Shown here one piece after another: positions 37,761 through 51,300 of a DNA stretch of 64,000 bases. The notes beneath the pieces are model-generated. The model was given only the letters and a program-made list of their open reading frames with translations, was not told the DNA's origin and searched no databases. This stretch comes from Tubiluchus corallicola. Lineage: Eukaryota > Animalia > Priapulida. Each line of letters starts with the position of its first letter. Position 1 is the first letter of the stretch. The DNA lies in contig JAQGDQ010000129.1 in assembly GCA_030141605.1 (NCBI GenBank), forward strand, positions 442,781-506,780, written 5' to 3'. A program made the translations under genes and the position numbers.

Positions 37761-39393
37761 CATGCACACAAGTGATCTACAGCCTGCAACAAACTATAGC
37801 TCGAAACATAGATTTAAATGCCACGCATGCGCAGAGAGATTGCTTTCCTGCATATCGATCACTACGTGAGACATTCAAGCTTGCCTGACATTCCCCTGTA
37901 ACACTTCGCCTTGTGCCGCCTCATTGTGTACCACCTTGCCATGTACTGTAGTACACTGTGCCTCCCTGTGCAATAGCTTACTCACTATTGTTTTGGCTTA
38001 GTGATAGTTGAGCGAGGGTGCAGCACTGCAGTACATAGAGGTTTCAAGCAAGCATGGTCGTCCCAAGTATTCTCAGGCATTAGTGTGTGCACATTATTTG
38101 GATTCAAGAGGTTTTAGATAAACCTGGTCTGTCTATCTGATGCATCATTTCAGCCAGCTAAGGCTTTTATCAAGTTTAGGCAGATTTTGTAATAAAAGCA
38201 ATTAATTGTGAAAGTTCAGCCACATAAGCTGTAAACAGTTATTTTCAAGTCAGCATTTGATGCCAGAACATATTAAACTTTAGTTACTTCCAAGTCAGAA
38301 TTGGGTAGTGAAACTTGCTTGGTTATTGCCAAATCTAACGTTGCTGTTAGCTAGCCTTAACTTATTTAGTACTGAGGTAATGTTTTAGGTAAGTGCTATC
38401 GACTTACACAAACTTTGAAATAATATATTACCCTCACAAAACTTTGTTACAATATACTTCCTCAATGGGCACAAATCTGTATTTTTTCAGAAGTGCGTTC
38501 GATGCTAATAGGTGGCACGCTTCTGAGAATTACACAGCTGCGAGCCAAAATGATGATCAGGAGGGAATTAAACAGAGTAAGATGGATACTCCGTCAATTA
38601 GTTAAAGCAAACAGGAATTAATTTTAGTCAAGTATCAGTTGTAAATTAGGCATTAATAGATAGCCAACGAACTTTCTAAGTTTGATACTTTTGCTGAAAC
38701 AATTGCTTCCATTAAAGTGGCATTTTAGGCAAACCTGTCACCGATCTCCATGGTATGCTTGTAAATTGTAGTCAAGCATACGCATGTATCATTTGTTGCA
38801 ACCAACTGTACTGACTATACACCATGACACCAATTGTATACCACACAACAGACCATGGTACTTGTATTAGAACTTAGCACCCATTGTTGCCTCACTTTTT
38901 GTGAAAGAGTCTAGCAATCTCTCTCTGTGTACTCATAGCATTAAAATCTATGAGCTCAAAATCAGTTTAGTGTAAATGTGGTTCTTAATTTACTTACATT
39001 TTTGTTGGTGTGTCACTTCTGCTGTTATTGCTCATCTTTTGAAGCCCATTTTGATTTGGATTTTTTCTCATTTCTGCAGTACTCTATTGTGATGTCACAC
39101 AGAATTTTCCTATACAAGCCTATAGTTATTAATAAATGCTGTTTTTCTTTATAAGTAATTGCCAAAACAGAATACATTCTTCCTTATCCCATGCCCCATC
39201 CCTCTACAAAGTTTTGTGGAAATCTGCAAGCAAATTTTGTGTAATCTTGTTAACTAACCAATGAGTATGAAAATGTAAATTACTCAGCAAAGGTAATAAT
39301 GTGTTTGTTGACAGTTTTTATTTTCAGAATGGTAAATTCAGAATGGTGCCTGATTTTTGAAGGCAGACTGAGCTTTTTATAAATTATCTTAAT

Positions 39394-42300
39394 ATGCCAT
39401 TTACCAGTCTTTGGGCTCTTGACACGACAGGTCAGCCTTATCATTTATCCACTGCAAAAACTGAATGGCATCCATGTGGAGATAGACACACAGAGCTTAA
39501 GCGCATTTCTGCAGCTGCGCAATCAGTGTGGGCTCTTGGTGGTGATCAGCAAATATATTTGTATGTTCCTTCTAGTGATTTGCCAATACGGGTACAAGAA
39601 AATACTTTTGAAAATCAGGTATATAAGTTTTTGTAGTATATATATATATTCTTAAGTTATGTTGACGTGCGCAAAGTAGTAGTATGGCTGAGCAATCTTC
39701 GTTTACAAAATTAACAGTCCTGAATAGTAACAGAATGATTTGCATGTAACATTAGCTTTTGCAGCCAGAGCTATTATGTTATAACAGCCCTCCGTAATGA
39801 TGTGATTATTGTACTGAGATTTTAAGAGAATCAGAAAACTGATTCAATTTTACTTGCTTACCGAGGAATAGCTGTACCAGAACATTTGCGTCACAAACAC
39901 TTGTGGTACAAAAATTACCTTATTTTGAATTTTGAACGTCCTTACAATGTGTTTGGTGCTTTGAATAAGCAGGGTTTCAATAATAAGGTTAGTAATTCTT
40001 CCATTGTGGTAACAGCTTAGAAATCCTACAGTAGGCATATCTGGATTTGTATTAGTACAACTTCCTTAATAGTTTTTTAAATGTGCATTTACAAGTAATT
40101 TTAACGATCCTTTAATAATTTATAGCGTTGGCGTCCCTTGAAATATGGTGGCTGGACTGATCAGCTGATTTTTTCTGACCGACCAAATTTTAGCAGTGCT
40201 GATGGCAAAAAAGCTTTACGCAAAGAACATTTCCGGCTTCCGAGTTCAGCGTGGGAATGGGAAGGTGATTGGCACATACAGGAAAGCATTGATGGGCAGT
40301 TAACTGGACCAGAGGTATCAACATTTTAAGATTTAGATTTTTGTGGGTCTTTCAGCTGCACCACATGTGGGCAACTGGTAGTCTGAGGGCCAAATCCAGA
40401 CTCTGAAACTTTTTCCCAGATCTCGTTGCCAGTAAATAACTTCAATGTTTCAAGCCGAGTCACAGGCGAGACATAGGATTTGCAGCGATGATTTTAGACT
40501 CCATGAATGTTATTATTCCTATCACTCATCGTTATCATGCATTGCCATGGACAATAAAAAATTCAGGTTAACTTGCAAACACAAAGGTCATGAAACGTGC
40601 AGGGTAAACATCTAAGTTAGGGGCCTTGTCATTGATTTGTGAATGGTGACTTCGGCTCAAAGGGTACCAAGGATTACATACATCACTCAGCTGTTGTCAT
40701 AACATTGAATCACTTGGAAACTGTAGTACATAGAGTCACAAAATTAAGCAAAGTCTGAAGTAGGGACTGATATAATGGTATGTTTAAAAAACTCCTGTTG
40801 GTTAAGTGCCCGAGATAGGAGACAAAACATGAAAATTTTGAATAACTCAGAAACTGTATTAACTAGAGTCACAATGCTAGTAAGGATAGATGCTTAGATA
40901 ATGGTGGATAAAAGCTCAGTTAATTTAAAGGCCCAAAATAGGAGCTAAAATGTGGAAATGAGAGCAAACTACTCGGTCGCATATGAATAAACTGCACTGC
41001 ATTAATTCAAAGAGTAACAATTGTCAAGGGTCACATTGCAAAATTTTGCAAATGTAATATTGGTCTGAACCAATAATTTGTAGAAGAGAAATTTTAGCAT
41101 ACTTTTATATCACAAAACTCTCAATATCAAAAATGTTCAAAAATGCTTCGAAACACTCTCACATCTAGACTGTCAAATCCATAGTTTTTTTTTTTGGGGG
41201 GGGGAGGGGGTGGACAGGAACATAGTTCTCTACAGACATTTTAGCTTTGTATTTGCCCATCTTCTATGGCTCTTCATTTGCATTTGTTGCAATTAAAATA
41301 TTTAGGGATGGATGTATGCTGTGGATTTTCCTCGACCATGGCATATAGAACAGCAGTGGAAGTCTACAGTCCGTCGACGAAAGTGGATCCGATTCCGCAA
41401 GTTTGTGAGATTCAACACTTGGATTCAGGTACTTAAATTTTAATTTTTAATATAGGGTATATACAATTATTCGTCATTTTACCTTCAAATAGAAGAATCA
41501 ATATTATTCTTATAGTGATACATACGTTTGAAAAAGCTTCTGTCTTGAAATATTTTTGTTGGAATGTACTTTATCATTTCACATTCAACATAGCATTTGG
41601 AATTTCTTAAACATGTTATTCCTGGAAAACAGGAAATTGACTCTGAAGCAGTAGCGTGCAGAAGGGGGGCAGAAGGTGCAATGGCCCCAGGCATCCATAT
41701 TGGGAGGGCATCCATTGAAAGAGTGAAATAAAAATTTAGTTTTTGAAATTTGAAATTGTTTCTGTTAACTTCAATGTACAAGCACCTGACAGTACCACAA
41801 GCTGGTGTGAATGTGGATCTGTGTTTTGATAAGTGAGACCAAAGTAGAAAATCTGTTACATCTAGATACTTCCGATTAAGACAATTTAAAGTAACTTAAG
41901 GAGATTAAGATAATGTGCGTTGCATACAGATTACTGCGTTGCCATCGCATTTTCAATCGCAAATTCTGAAAGATCATTTTCAAAACTGAAATTAATAAAA
42001 ACACATCTTAGGTTTTTCACGTCACAAGAGCAAATGACCAGCCTGGCTTTAATCAGCAGTGAAAAATCACAGTTGACGTAAAAATGAAACACTTCAAGTA
42101 TTTTCTGACAGGAGATCTCATTTGGGGAACTGAACTTATTAAATGGGGGCAGATTTATATTTAATTTGAATAATGTGTTTATTTCTTGTTTCATCTGTTT
42201 TTACATATTTAAGATGTCTTCCTTTCTCACATTTTTCAGTGCTAGGTCCTATAGTCCCCTTACTTGAGTTTTGGGGTATCGGGGAGTTGGACCCGGGCAT

Positions 42301-45300
42301 CAAACCTCTACACGCTACTGCTCTGAAAATTTTGTGTGTCTTAAAGTTAAAAAGTTTTATTTTAACATAATAGCTACTTGATAACCAGTGTTTTTTACTG
42401 ATAGGAGTCATTTTTGTATTGTAGTATGATAAGATGCACTCAAAACATCACTTATTCTTCCAAAAGTTTGATCTGAAACCTAACTAGTGATGTAACTAAC
42501 TAAACTAAAAGAGTCTACTGTAGTGGCATGTTTTGTCATTTTGTTAGTCAGTGGGTTTATTGTTTTTTGTTTTTGTGTGGAATACATCAGCGTGGGTACA
42601 ATTAATCATACTGTGATAGATCAGTGTAGAAAGTAATTTTCAGGATTTACAGAATTTCAAAGTATAGCAATGAATTTTTAAGTCTGCTACTGACTTAAAG
42701 TAACTGACAGCAAAAACAGAAACTAACTGAGATTTCATTGTGTTCGTATAAGAACATTTTTTTAAATAGATTGTTTTCATAGTTTTAATGAATATACTTT
42801 ATTTGTACTTATTAGCATTATAAGTGTTTTCTAAGTAAAGCAAATCCCTCAAATGAAAATAGAAAAAATTAGCTGATTTTATGGCTACAGGTGCCAGCAG
42901 CAGCAGATGAGCCATTTATTGATGTTGCAGTAGGAGGTAGTCAAATATCTGGTGTATCTACAGATCATCTTAGCGTTTGGGCTGTAACCATTTCTGGAAA
43001 GGTATCATCTATATTATATTATATATAACTTGGCACACTACCAATCAGAATTCAGTGCTCCTATGGTAGGGACGGATAAACCTTTCCTTATCGAGATAAC
43101 CTTTTGCATTACATGTATTCAGAAAGAGTGTCTTGCTTCTTCCCTCACTGTTTGAAACTGTCCAGATGAAATTTTTTGAGGATTACACAGAAGTTTACTG
43201 AGCAGACCCAATGTTGCTCAGCTTTAGTCGCTAAGCGTCCACTGTGACACTTAACCATTTTCCTCGTGCCCTGCATTTTTTACATATATCTAGTAATTTT
43301 ACAATCAATGAAATGAGAAACTGTTAAAGTAATAATACCATAGTAAAGTATTTTCAGTTATAAACTAGTCAAGAATTCAAAGTAATGGGTTATTTGTTCA
43401 TTGGTTTTTTTGTGATTAAGTGGCTGGATATGCTATAGAATCCGTTTCTTTGTGAATATTTCGTTTATAACATAATTTTTCTGCTTAGGGTAACTAAAAT
43501 AATTATGTTAGTAATCCGTTAGGCTATCTGTGTTCAAATAAAGTTGTGCAACATGTTGTGACATGCGATTATCAGTTTCTACTCTCTGAAAGCGATAAAC
43601 GAGGGGGCAGTAAGCAATCTGAAACCACCTGAAGTTTATCCGAAAATTTATTTTTTATTTTGTTTCTTTTTAGATCTTTGTAAGGAGAAGAATTTCACAA
43701 ATGAATCCAGAAGGAAATTCATGGACCTTGGTTCCTGGACTTGTCGATTGTGAAGTAAACCAGATTAGTGTAGGACCAACTGGTTTAGTTTGGGCTGTAA
43801 CATGGAATGGTCGCATACTTTCACGCTTTGGTATTACAAAGGATTGTTTGATTGGTATGTTGAAAATAATGGGTTAAAAAGTGTGTGGTTATTTTCATTG
43901 TCTTTTCTTATACTTAACATATTCTGGGTGTTTCAATGTAACTTTTTTGGAAAATACGGCTATTTATGAAGAATCAGTTTCTTCTGTACATTTAAACCAG
44001 TTGATGCAATATAAACAGAATTTATTAATACCAGCAAATATTTATATTTGAATGATTTGCAGGTACGGCATGGTACGTAGTTCCTGATCCATCAGTAAAA
44101 ATTGAGCAAGTCACCGTTGGAGGCAATGCTGCTTGGGCAATTGGAGCCGGTGGCTCGGTGTGTTTAGTTTATTTATAAACATTACAGAAAGGGAATGATT
44201 ATAGCTGTACTAATCCTAGTGAGCATTTCCATGGTGATTGCTGTTCTGAATGGCTGTCTTCTTAATTAAATTTTCTGTCATTCACTTTGTAGGTATGGTT
44301 CAGGAAAAATATATGTGGTGCTATGGCTAGTACAGACGTAGAGGCTTGTATTGGCACTGGATGGGTGGAGATGATAGGCTGTTTCCAGTCAATTAGCATT
44401 GGGCTTAATGACCAGGTTAGAAACATGATACACTCTATATGCCTTCTCTACCACTTTTTGCCATGTTCAGCAGTTGAGGTATAGGTGAGGACTATCAGAA
44501 GGCCAATTCGAGAAACTCTGCTGTACCTTTTTAAATATTCGTTAGTAATAATCGCAATATTTAATTAGTTCTGACTATCTTCTTTAAAATTGAAGCCACC
44601 TTAAATTTCCAATATTAACACACAGTTTGTAAAAGTATTTTGTAACTTCCGTGCTATTGTAGGTGAATGTATAAGCTTTTCAAAATTTTGATTTGAGTTA
44701 GTTAGAAGCATAGATTATTCAGTTTTACCTGACTTTTTTGAAAAACCCTTTAGTGGGAGTTTCTGTTAGACATTTGATATTTATTTTGTTATTTCTAATT
44801 TTGAATTCTTTTTTGCTAGTTTTTAACAACACTAGCTGAGCAGATTGCAGTTATTATAACTGCTCAGATGAAAATCTAAGTTTTGAAAGAAAAATTATTT
44901 CTTGCTTAAGCATTGTCATCATACAAGCATTTTAATACCTGAAATAATACTAAAGAGTATACCATTTCATGTAGTTTTTCCTATTACAGTAGGCAGCGCT
45001 TATTAGACTCATGGTTAATAGACTCAGTCGCTTAAGTGACTCAAAAATGCTTTTTTACGGGACGCTTCTATTCAAATGTACATAAAAATTATCGGCAATT
45101 GACTCAAATAACTCCGCATAATTTACTCAATATTTTTCCTTCACATACTTAACATAAGACATTTGTATGTGCCCAAAGAGCCTTTCCTGCTTTTGTGTCA
45201 TCTTTACTTCGCTTTTGTGCACTATAATATATGTAGAAACAATCATGTTAAGTACCGTATTGTTTGTAAGCAGGTACATTTATCGTGTGCTAATACGCTA

Positions 45301-48300
45301 TTGTAGCAGTTTTGCTTTGAATCTGTTACCCGCTCATCCACTGCAATTAACCTCCTTACCCAAGAATTTCTGGAAGCTAAACATTTAATCACTTGTCTAG
45401 TGGTTTCCTTTTGAAGCTCTTGGTTGCACGATTGTGTGACTTGTGTGATTTAGATAAGTATACTTTTTAATTTATTATTAATTCACTTATATAAATTAAT
45501 ATTTTAAAATATTTTTTTAAATTTTTAACTGCATAAAGGAAGTTAGGCATTACTTGGTTTCTAAAATTCATTAAAAACCTTTGCAGTGCATCTTAAGCTG
45601 ATCACTCATACCGCTATACCAGTAATACTACACACATCAGTTAATAGGTTCAGTTGGTTAATTGGGTCAAAATACTTCGGTCCCAAAGTGAGTCTATTAA
45701 GCAGCACCTACTGTATATTAGTTCTAGGTAACCTTTGAGAGTATACTTCGCAGGCACCATAGGTTAACTTTTCTAGTAAAACTATTCATGACTAGCACCC
45801 TTAATTATGTTTTTAGCATTTACTATATAATTGTAGGTCCTTGGTATCAACATGCAAGATAAAAAAGTTTATTTCCGTACTCAAGTGACGCCGGGCGAGT
45901 CTTGTGGAAAACTTTGGCAAAAAGTTAAAGCTAATCGCCGACTACAAAATATCAAAGACTACAGTGAAACAAGTTCCTTTGAAGACTCATATTCAGTTAG
46001 GTAATCTTGGCAAACAATAAATATTTCTAAATTTTCTAAATAGCATTTATTAATTATACACTAGAACAAACCATTAATTTAGCCAACCTGCTGGTGAGTG
46101 CTAAATCCCAGCTTGCAAACTGCCGTCTTGTCTTCGCATGCGAATTCCAACTCGGGTAACATTTTGGAGAATACCAACATCTTTAATGTTGAATCTCAAT
46201 CTTAACTGTGTGTGAAGCAGCATCCCAGCTTTTTCAAACATGTCACTGTCAAAAAAAACTGATTTCATTTTTCATTTCATTGCAATACTGATCAGACTGC
46301 ATGTAATTTTTAAACTCATCTTCTTTACTGCTCCAAACTAGTCTATTAAATGATACGATTGAGGGTAGAATTTTTTTATTTAGAACTTAGCATAATTTGT
46401 CAAAACTGATGAGAATAATTCTCTGATATCACCAATGGTAACCTCAACCGAGGAAAATTCTGTGCAAAGAAAATGTGTTTGGTAACAGCAATATGAGGTT
46501 GTTTGTTCAAGCTGTTCCAGGATAAGAAGGCATAGTAAAACATGTAAAACATGCGGTTGCCAAACCGTTTTGTAAAGCTTGCCTCTTTTATATAGCACAC
46601 AGATTTCTTCAACTTCGTAAGCAACCTCTTTTCCTGTTGTTTAATTTCTTTTTGGCATTGTAAGATTTTTATGCTGTCTTGTTAATGTGATTCACATTAA
46701 TTATTGTCCATTATTTCACAGGGTTTTAATACAAGTTTCCAAACACATGATAAATACAAACTAGAAACTACTATCAAAATATTTGTTGTATTGAGATTGT
46801 TAGTGTACCTTCAGCTCCCTGTTTAATAATCAACACAGAACAAGGAATTACAATTAATTTTTTTCAGATCTGAAGAAGAAATTTCCAGTGTTTCTACTGC
46901 TCAACTATTGGACCAGTCTGATTTATTTTTTAACACATCGGGCACAACATCATACCTTACATTTGACACTGCTAACAAAACTATGACATACAAAGTAGCT
47001 GGGCTGATACCTAAAAAAACAGCTATCTCAAAAACTGCTTCTGTCAGCCATAAAGCAACTGGTTTGCTTCCTAGAAGTATTGCTAATTCAAATACTTCTG
47101 CTGAGAGTAGTAGTGAAATGAGCGATTTAGTGCTTCAACGCGATGCAGCTGAAGACTTCACCGATGCTCATTGTGCCTCTGTTGACTGTGATAATGCCAG
47201 ATCTCGCCACAGTAGCTGGTCATCTACTGCATCAGATACTATGATAAATTTTTGCGAGGACAAAGTGGAAACTCCGGTTGTAGATTTTCCAGAAGATGTC
47301 ATCCCAAGTCTTTCTGGGACTGAGTTAGTCAGTGCACAACCACTTAAAAGTGAAACCACTTGTATCGATAAGGAAAACAGTAATCTGTCATCTAGTCAAA
47401 AAGGCATCGAAGATGAACTTTCTAGCTCATCTTCAAACCTTGATGTGTCTAATATATCTGATTCACAGATATCTCTAAATTTGGAGGAAGCGCATGAAGC
47501 CAGCTGGCTTTATGATGACAATGCCGAATTTCAGTGGATGTCAATTAGTGCATCTGCTTGTGATATTGACCCGAAATTCCCACCTGCAACTTGGTTCAGT
47601 TCATGTAAGTTCTCTTTCTGAAAAACCTCAATATGAGTAAAACACTTTATGGTAAATGCTTTAGTTATCCCTTAAAACTTCGCTTGCTAAGTAGAATTTG
47701 ATTATTTAAGCATAATTTATTAGGCTTTTCCGATTGTAACAAAAATGTTAATATCATCATCAGTTCTGCTATGATATAAGTAAATGTCACTATTTTTAAG
47801 TTTTTTCTGTTCCATGTTTAAATTTCTTTCATGCCTTGGTTTTTGTAATTCAAAATTGAACCTTCCATTTCAATAGCTAGTCGTCATACATCACTTGACC
47901 ACAAAAAAGCTAAAGAAGAAAAATGGTACTCAGAGATAGTGCTCATGCTTAAAGAAAGAAATGCTCATGAAGCTCGCTTCATTGATTATGAACAAGCGGT
48001 TGAAAAAGTAAGAACTTTTTTATGCTCAATAATGTGAGCAAATATTGTTTTTAATTTGCTGTCTTGTTGGTAGTGACTACAAGCAGAATCAAAGGAGTGA
48101 ATTTATACATTAAAAAATTTTCTGAAATTTTCTGTCTTTGTCTTGTAAGATTCTTATTTAACTGTCGTGTATTTTTATCATTCTTCTTCTTGTGGCAGTG
48201 TTTGCAATACTTGTTCATAGATGCTTAAAGGAAAAGCCAAGTCTCTCGGCAAGTTAATGTAATTTTAATATTTGAGGAAAATGTTAGAAAATTTCAGCAG

Positions 48301-51300
48301 TAAAGTTGTGATAAGCATCTTGTGTAATTAGTAAAATCAATTTAAAGTCGTCCACTCTATTTTTAGATGAAAATGGCATCATCCAGTTTTCGTGCAATAT
48401 AAACACTTATCCCTCCAGGTGCTTCAGAATCTTTTTTTGACTTATAGAGCCAATTCTGTAAACTTAATAGCCAGTGCCCGGCACCTACTAAGTACTGGCA
48501 AGTTTACATACGTATCTAAAACTCAACAAAATCTGCAAATTAATTATTTACACAATTAATGTTAATTACATACACATTTTAAGGTGTAATCCTGTAGATC
48601 AAAGCAATGTAACCACTTTAAGTTTGATCAAATAGATAAACACTTAAACACAAGATTAGAATAATGGAACTTCTAAGCAAATTGTAGAAATGTTGCAATG
48701 CGTACCTTCACACAGTTTGCCTTCACGGCATTCACGCTGCCCAGCATACACCGCCTACGTCACTTTTTTCAAATATGCCGGCGTAAATGTTCGTTTGGCG
48801 GGAGATAAGAAATATTTAAATTTCTTTTGCATTTTTAAGTAAAGCATTCTATGCGCACATTTTGTATTTTAATGTCAATATTTTCAATTGTACATTAAAA
48901 TACAATAAATGTTGTTCGAGGGTTGGTTCTTCCTTTAATTTGACATTAATTTCTGTTACTAATGCACTTTAAAATTTTTTATTACTTGCTATATATGTTA
49001 TTAAATGTTTCCACACATCACAAGCCTGTATGTAAGTGCATAATATCAAAATTCTGTTGAGACAACTTAAGAAGCTTAATTTGATTTACTCAGATAATTT
49101 TTTGCATATTTATTTAAATAATCCTTTTATTTCAGACATCGTGGATCAAGCGTGGCAGCGTTCAAGTGTACGATGATTATTCTGGATGGGTTGATTGCAC
49201 TGCAGAGTTAGAACTATGCAGCTCAAGATATGGGACAACCGACGGCACTCTTACGTGCATTTATTCAAAACCTGCTAAAGTAATTCAAATTCCATTAGGA
49301 GAAGTGACCTGTGTTCTCAGAGTTTCAGATTTTAACAAGTATTCTGTGCTAGCTGTTTATACAGCAAGGCGGATAGCTAAATCAGCACCTCTAAAGGTGG
49401 CGGTGTCATCAGATAGTGAGCTTGAAGACTGGGTAAGTGGGTATGGAAAAATTTTTCTAGTTATCGTTTTATTATACTCTTTTCTGTTTTGACATTCCCT
49501 TGCTGTTGCACAGTTTACAGACCTCTAAGCTGAATGTTTTCTAGAACATGGTTGTTTGCTTATTCATTTTTTTGTTTTTATTTGTATTTTTTTACTTATT
49601 ATACCACAATGCTGCTCCATTTTCTTTGTGTCTCTAGTAGTTATATTGTAAATTTCTTAGTCTGCAAAAATCAATTGCTTCTAATGGTTAGCACAGCTGT
49701 TCAGAAAACAAAGTCTTGGGCTCAAATTTTGAATCCCAGTGAGGTGCAAGCATCTTTTAGACTGTCTAATTTAGTGTTACTTTCATAGAATTTCAATGTA
49801 GCTTATTATTTGTGCATTTAATTAAGAAATGTGATAATTACTGTAGATGAAGGAACTGTCTTCATCTTGTTATGAACTGAGAAATGCTCACCCTCCAGAA
49901 AGGGATGCTGTTTGGGCACTCACTTCACGAGGAGATATATTTGTACACAATGTATCTTTACGAGCACAGTCCTGTAGAGATGTGTACTGGTATCAGGTAA
50001 GGCTTAAGCCCTACATTGGGCTTTTGATATATGCATCACTAGTTAAACAAAGTCTACCACTCGACTAGGCCAGTTATGACATCTAAATGCAAATCAAGCA
50101 GGAATCTGCTAGGCCAATTGTTGTAAATCAGCAATGAAGTTACAAGGTATGCGTAACACTGGACATGCTATTATGATAAACTCCGCCTAGGTCTCGTAGT
50201 AAGTGGGTTTCTGTCACGTCTGGGTTTTTCCAACAACGAATAAGCATTTTGAATAAAGGCATTCAGTTGCTGAAGTTGTCAAAAGATAATAAGAAGAGAG
50301 CCTATGCAATGAGACATTGCAGACTGTTACTCTTTCATTATATTTATGGTAAAATTAAGTAGTATATGTATTATAAACCTAATGTAATTATTATAGCATA
50401 AATGCAAGCGAAAGCTGACCTACCTTTAGTTACGCTACACATAAAGCTAACCACCTACAGAAATAAAGGAAAGAAGGAAAAACAACCAACAGTTCTTAGA
50501 AGGAAGATAGGGAAAAAGTGGAAAAGACTGTGGGAAAACAAATGAACTATAGCAATTAGTAATAGCATTGATTATAGATGCAAGGTAACATTCAAACAGG
50601 TCCACCATAATAACAGTATCTCAAAGGAAGCCAAACTATTAATGGTGTTTAAGACCTCTCGTAGCACTTAGCTTACATGAGTGAGACTCACAAAATTTAA
50701 TAATTGAAATACCATTAAACTTTTAATGAATCCGTGCATAGTTTAAATACCTGCATGAACAAAAAGCACAGATCTTTCTTAGCTAAGTACCATATTAACC
50801 ATGCTAAGACTTCACCCAACATGCCTGTGCATTGCAGTTGAACTGAATCTAAAATCAGAATTGACATTTCTTGCACTCTTGTACTGTCATTTCACTTAAT
50901 GCTGTTTTAACAATTTAACCATAGAATATTTTCAGCATCCTATTTTTATAGAATTTGTTTTGGCTAAAAATAAAAAATAACTAAATGTTGGACTATCAAG
51001 TTTATTTTTTACAATGTCACTTTGATTTCATATTATTGCTATGCATAATTTTTTCAGTGTCATACAAAATTTTCTAAACAGGTTAAAGGCCATATGCACA
51101 TTATAGAAAGCTCCAATGCTGGTGTAGTATGGGGCATTGGATACGACAAGACAGCATGGGTGTATACAGGGTTCATAGACAGTGCAGAAGAATTGCATAA
51201 ACAATGTGATACAAGAACTATTTATATTTACGAAAATCAGCGCTGGAATCCTGTGACTGGTTACTCCTTACAGTATCGTATACCTACTGATCGAGCACCG

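Noticed and set aside
37598-37888. Three overlapping Cys/Pro- or Gly/His-rich ORFs
   Set aside because: Explained by the degenerate 15-bp tandem repeat. No splice or homology support.
40315-43010. GTATCA donors in TECPR1 (40315, 43002) as U12-type introns
   Set aside because: They lack the RTATCCTT consensus, and I saw no TCCTTAAC branch site.
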